Below the pieces are notes generated by a model. It saw only the letters and a program-made list of their open reading frames with translations, did no database searches and was not told the origin of the DNA. The translations under genes and the position numbers were made by a program. From Elusimicrobiota bacterium (GTDB lineage Bacteria; CG03; SLGR01; JBDRKX01), in contig JBDRKX010000017.1 of NCBI GenBank assembly GCA_043813605.1, positions 1 to 26,605 of the forward strand: a DNA stretch of 26,605 bases. Reading direction: 5' to 3'. Of this stretch, positions 26,402 to 26,605 are shown piece by piece (positions within the stretch are counted from its first letter, which is position 1; each line of letters starts with the position of its first letter).

Positions 26402-26411
26402 CTTTGACTAT

Positions 26412-26440
26412 TTTATATAATATAATATTATTTTTGTCAA
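26412..26440 (-). promoter_or_regulatory. Putative sigma70 promoter of the dcw operon (Pmra)
   Basis: Perfect TTGACA (26440-26435), a 17-bp all-AT spacer, then TATAAA (26417-26412), just upstream of the GTGG boxes. Confidence 0.7.
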
Positions 26441-26513
26441 GCATTTATATGCATATCTGCAATATCAGAACTCCTGACATAGCAGCTTAAGAAAATGTCC
26501 GCTTTTTCCATTT

Positions 26514-26603
26514 TCAGCCTGATTCGGCAACCCCAAAGTGCAGCATCAACTTCGTTCCCGGAAAACAAACTTTCATCTGATTAAGTTTCTCACACATAGC
26601 AGC
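26514..26603 (-). CDS. Possible 3' end of an upstream gene (unidentified)
   Basis: One minus frame is open from the window edge: AAMCEKLNQMKVCFPGTKLMLHFGVAESG*. It is too short to identify and could be chance. Confidence 0.2.
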   Translation of the reverse strand, partial: AAMCEKLNQMKVCFPGTKLMLHFGVAESG

Positions 26604-26605
26604 GA

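Noticed and set aside
26514..26605. LHFGVAE resembling the end of a GGDEF or nucleotide-cyclase strand
   Set aside because: Only 29 codons are visible, so the resemblance is too weak to name a product.
1..26605. Taxonomic assignment from gene order
   Set aside because: The features are mixed (mDAP MurE, no PASTA on FtsI, Cys-rich RsmH insert, GCC-type Lgt, no lpxC, sepF or divIVA here) and do not fix a phylum without a phylogenetic search.

Overview
This is a housekeeping window with 26 co-oriented minus-strand genes and almost no intergenic space. It holds a complete dcw (division/cell-wall) cluster: mraZ-rsmH-ftsL-ftsI-murE-murF-mraY-murD-ftsW-murG-murC-murB-ddl-ftsQ-ftsA-ftsZ. This runs straight into pilT-pgeF-proC-(yggT-like)-mtnA-ileS-lspA-lgt-rluD-gmk, with gmk truncated at the window edge. 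I found no rRNA, tRNA, CRISPR array or mobile element, and no clearly new multi-gene system. The most interesting signals are as follows. A PilT-family ATPase is coupled to ftsZ by a TAATG overlap. pgeF appears to start at a non-canonical ATA in a TAATA overlap. pgeF (a family with MTA phosphorylase activity) lies close to mtnA, which uses that reaction's product. Three 10-bp-periodic GTGG MraZ-type boxes overlap the mraZ RBS and start codon. A 4 x 15-bp quasi-palindromic tandem repeat extends ProC. proC has a probable internal near-leaderless promoter with a 17-bp palindrome. MurB has Cys at the catalytic Ser position. Gene calls rest on motifs I recognised by eye and on gene order; no database searches were run and taxonomy cannot be assigned from this window.
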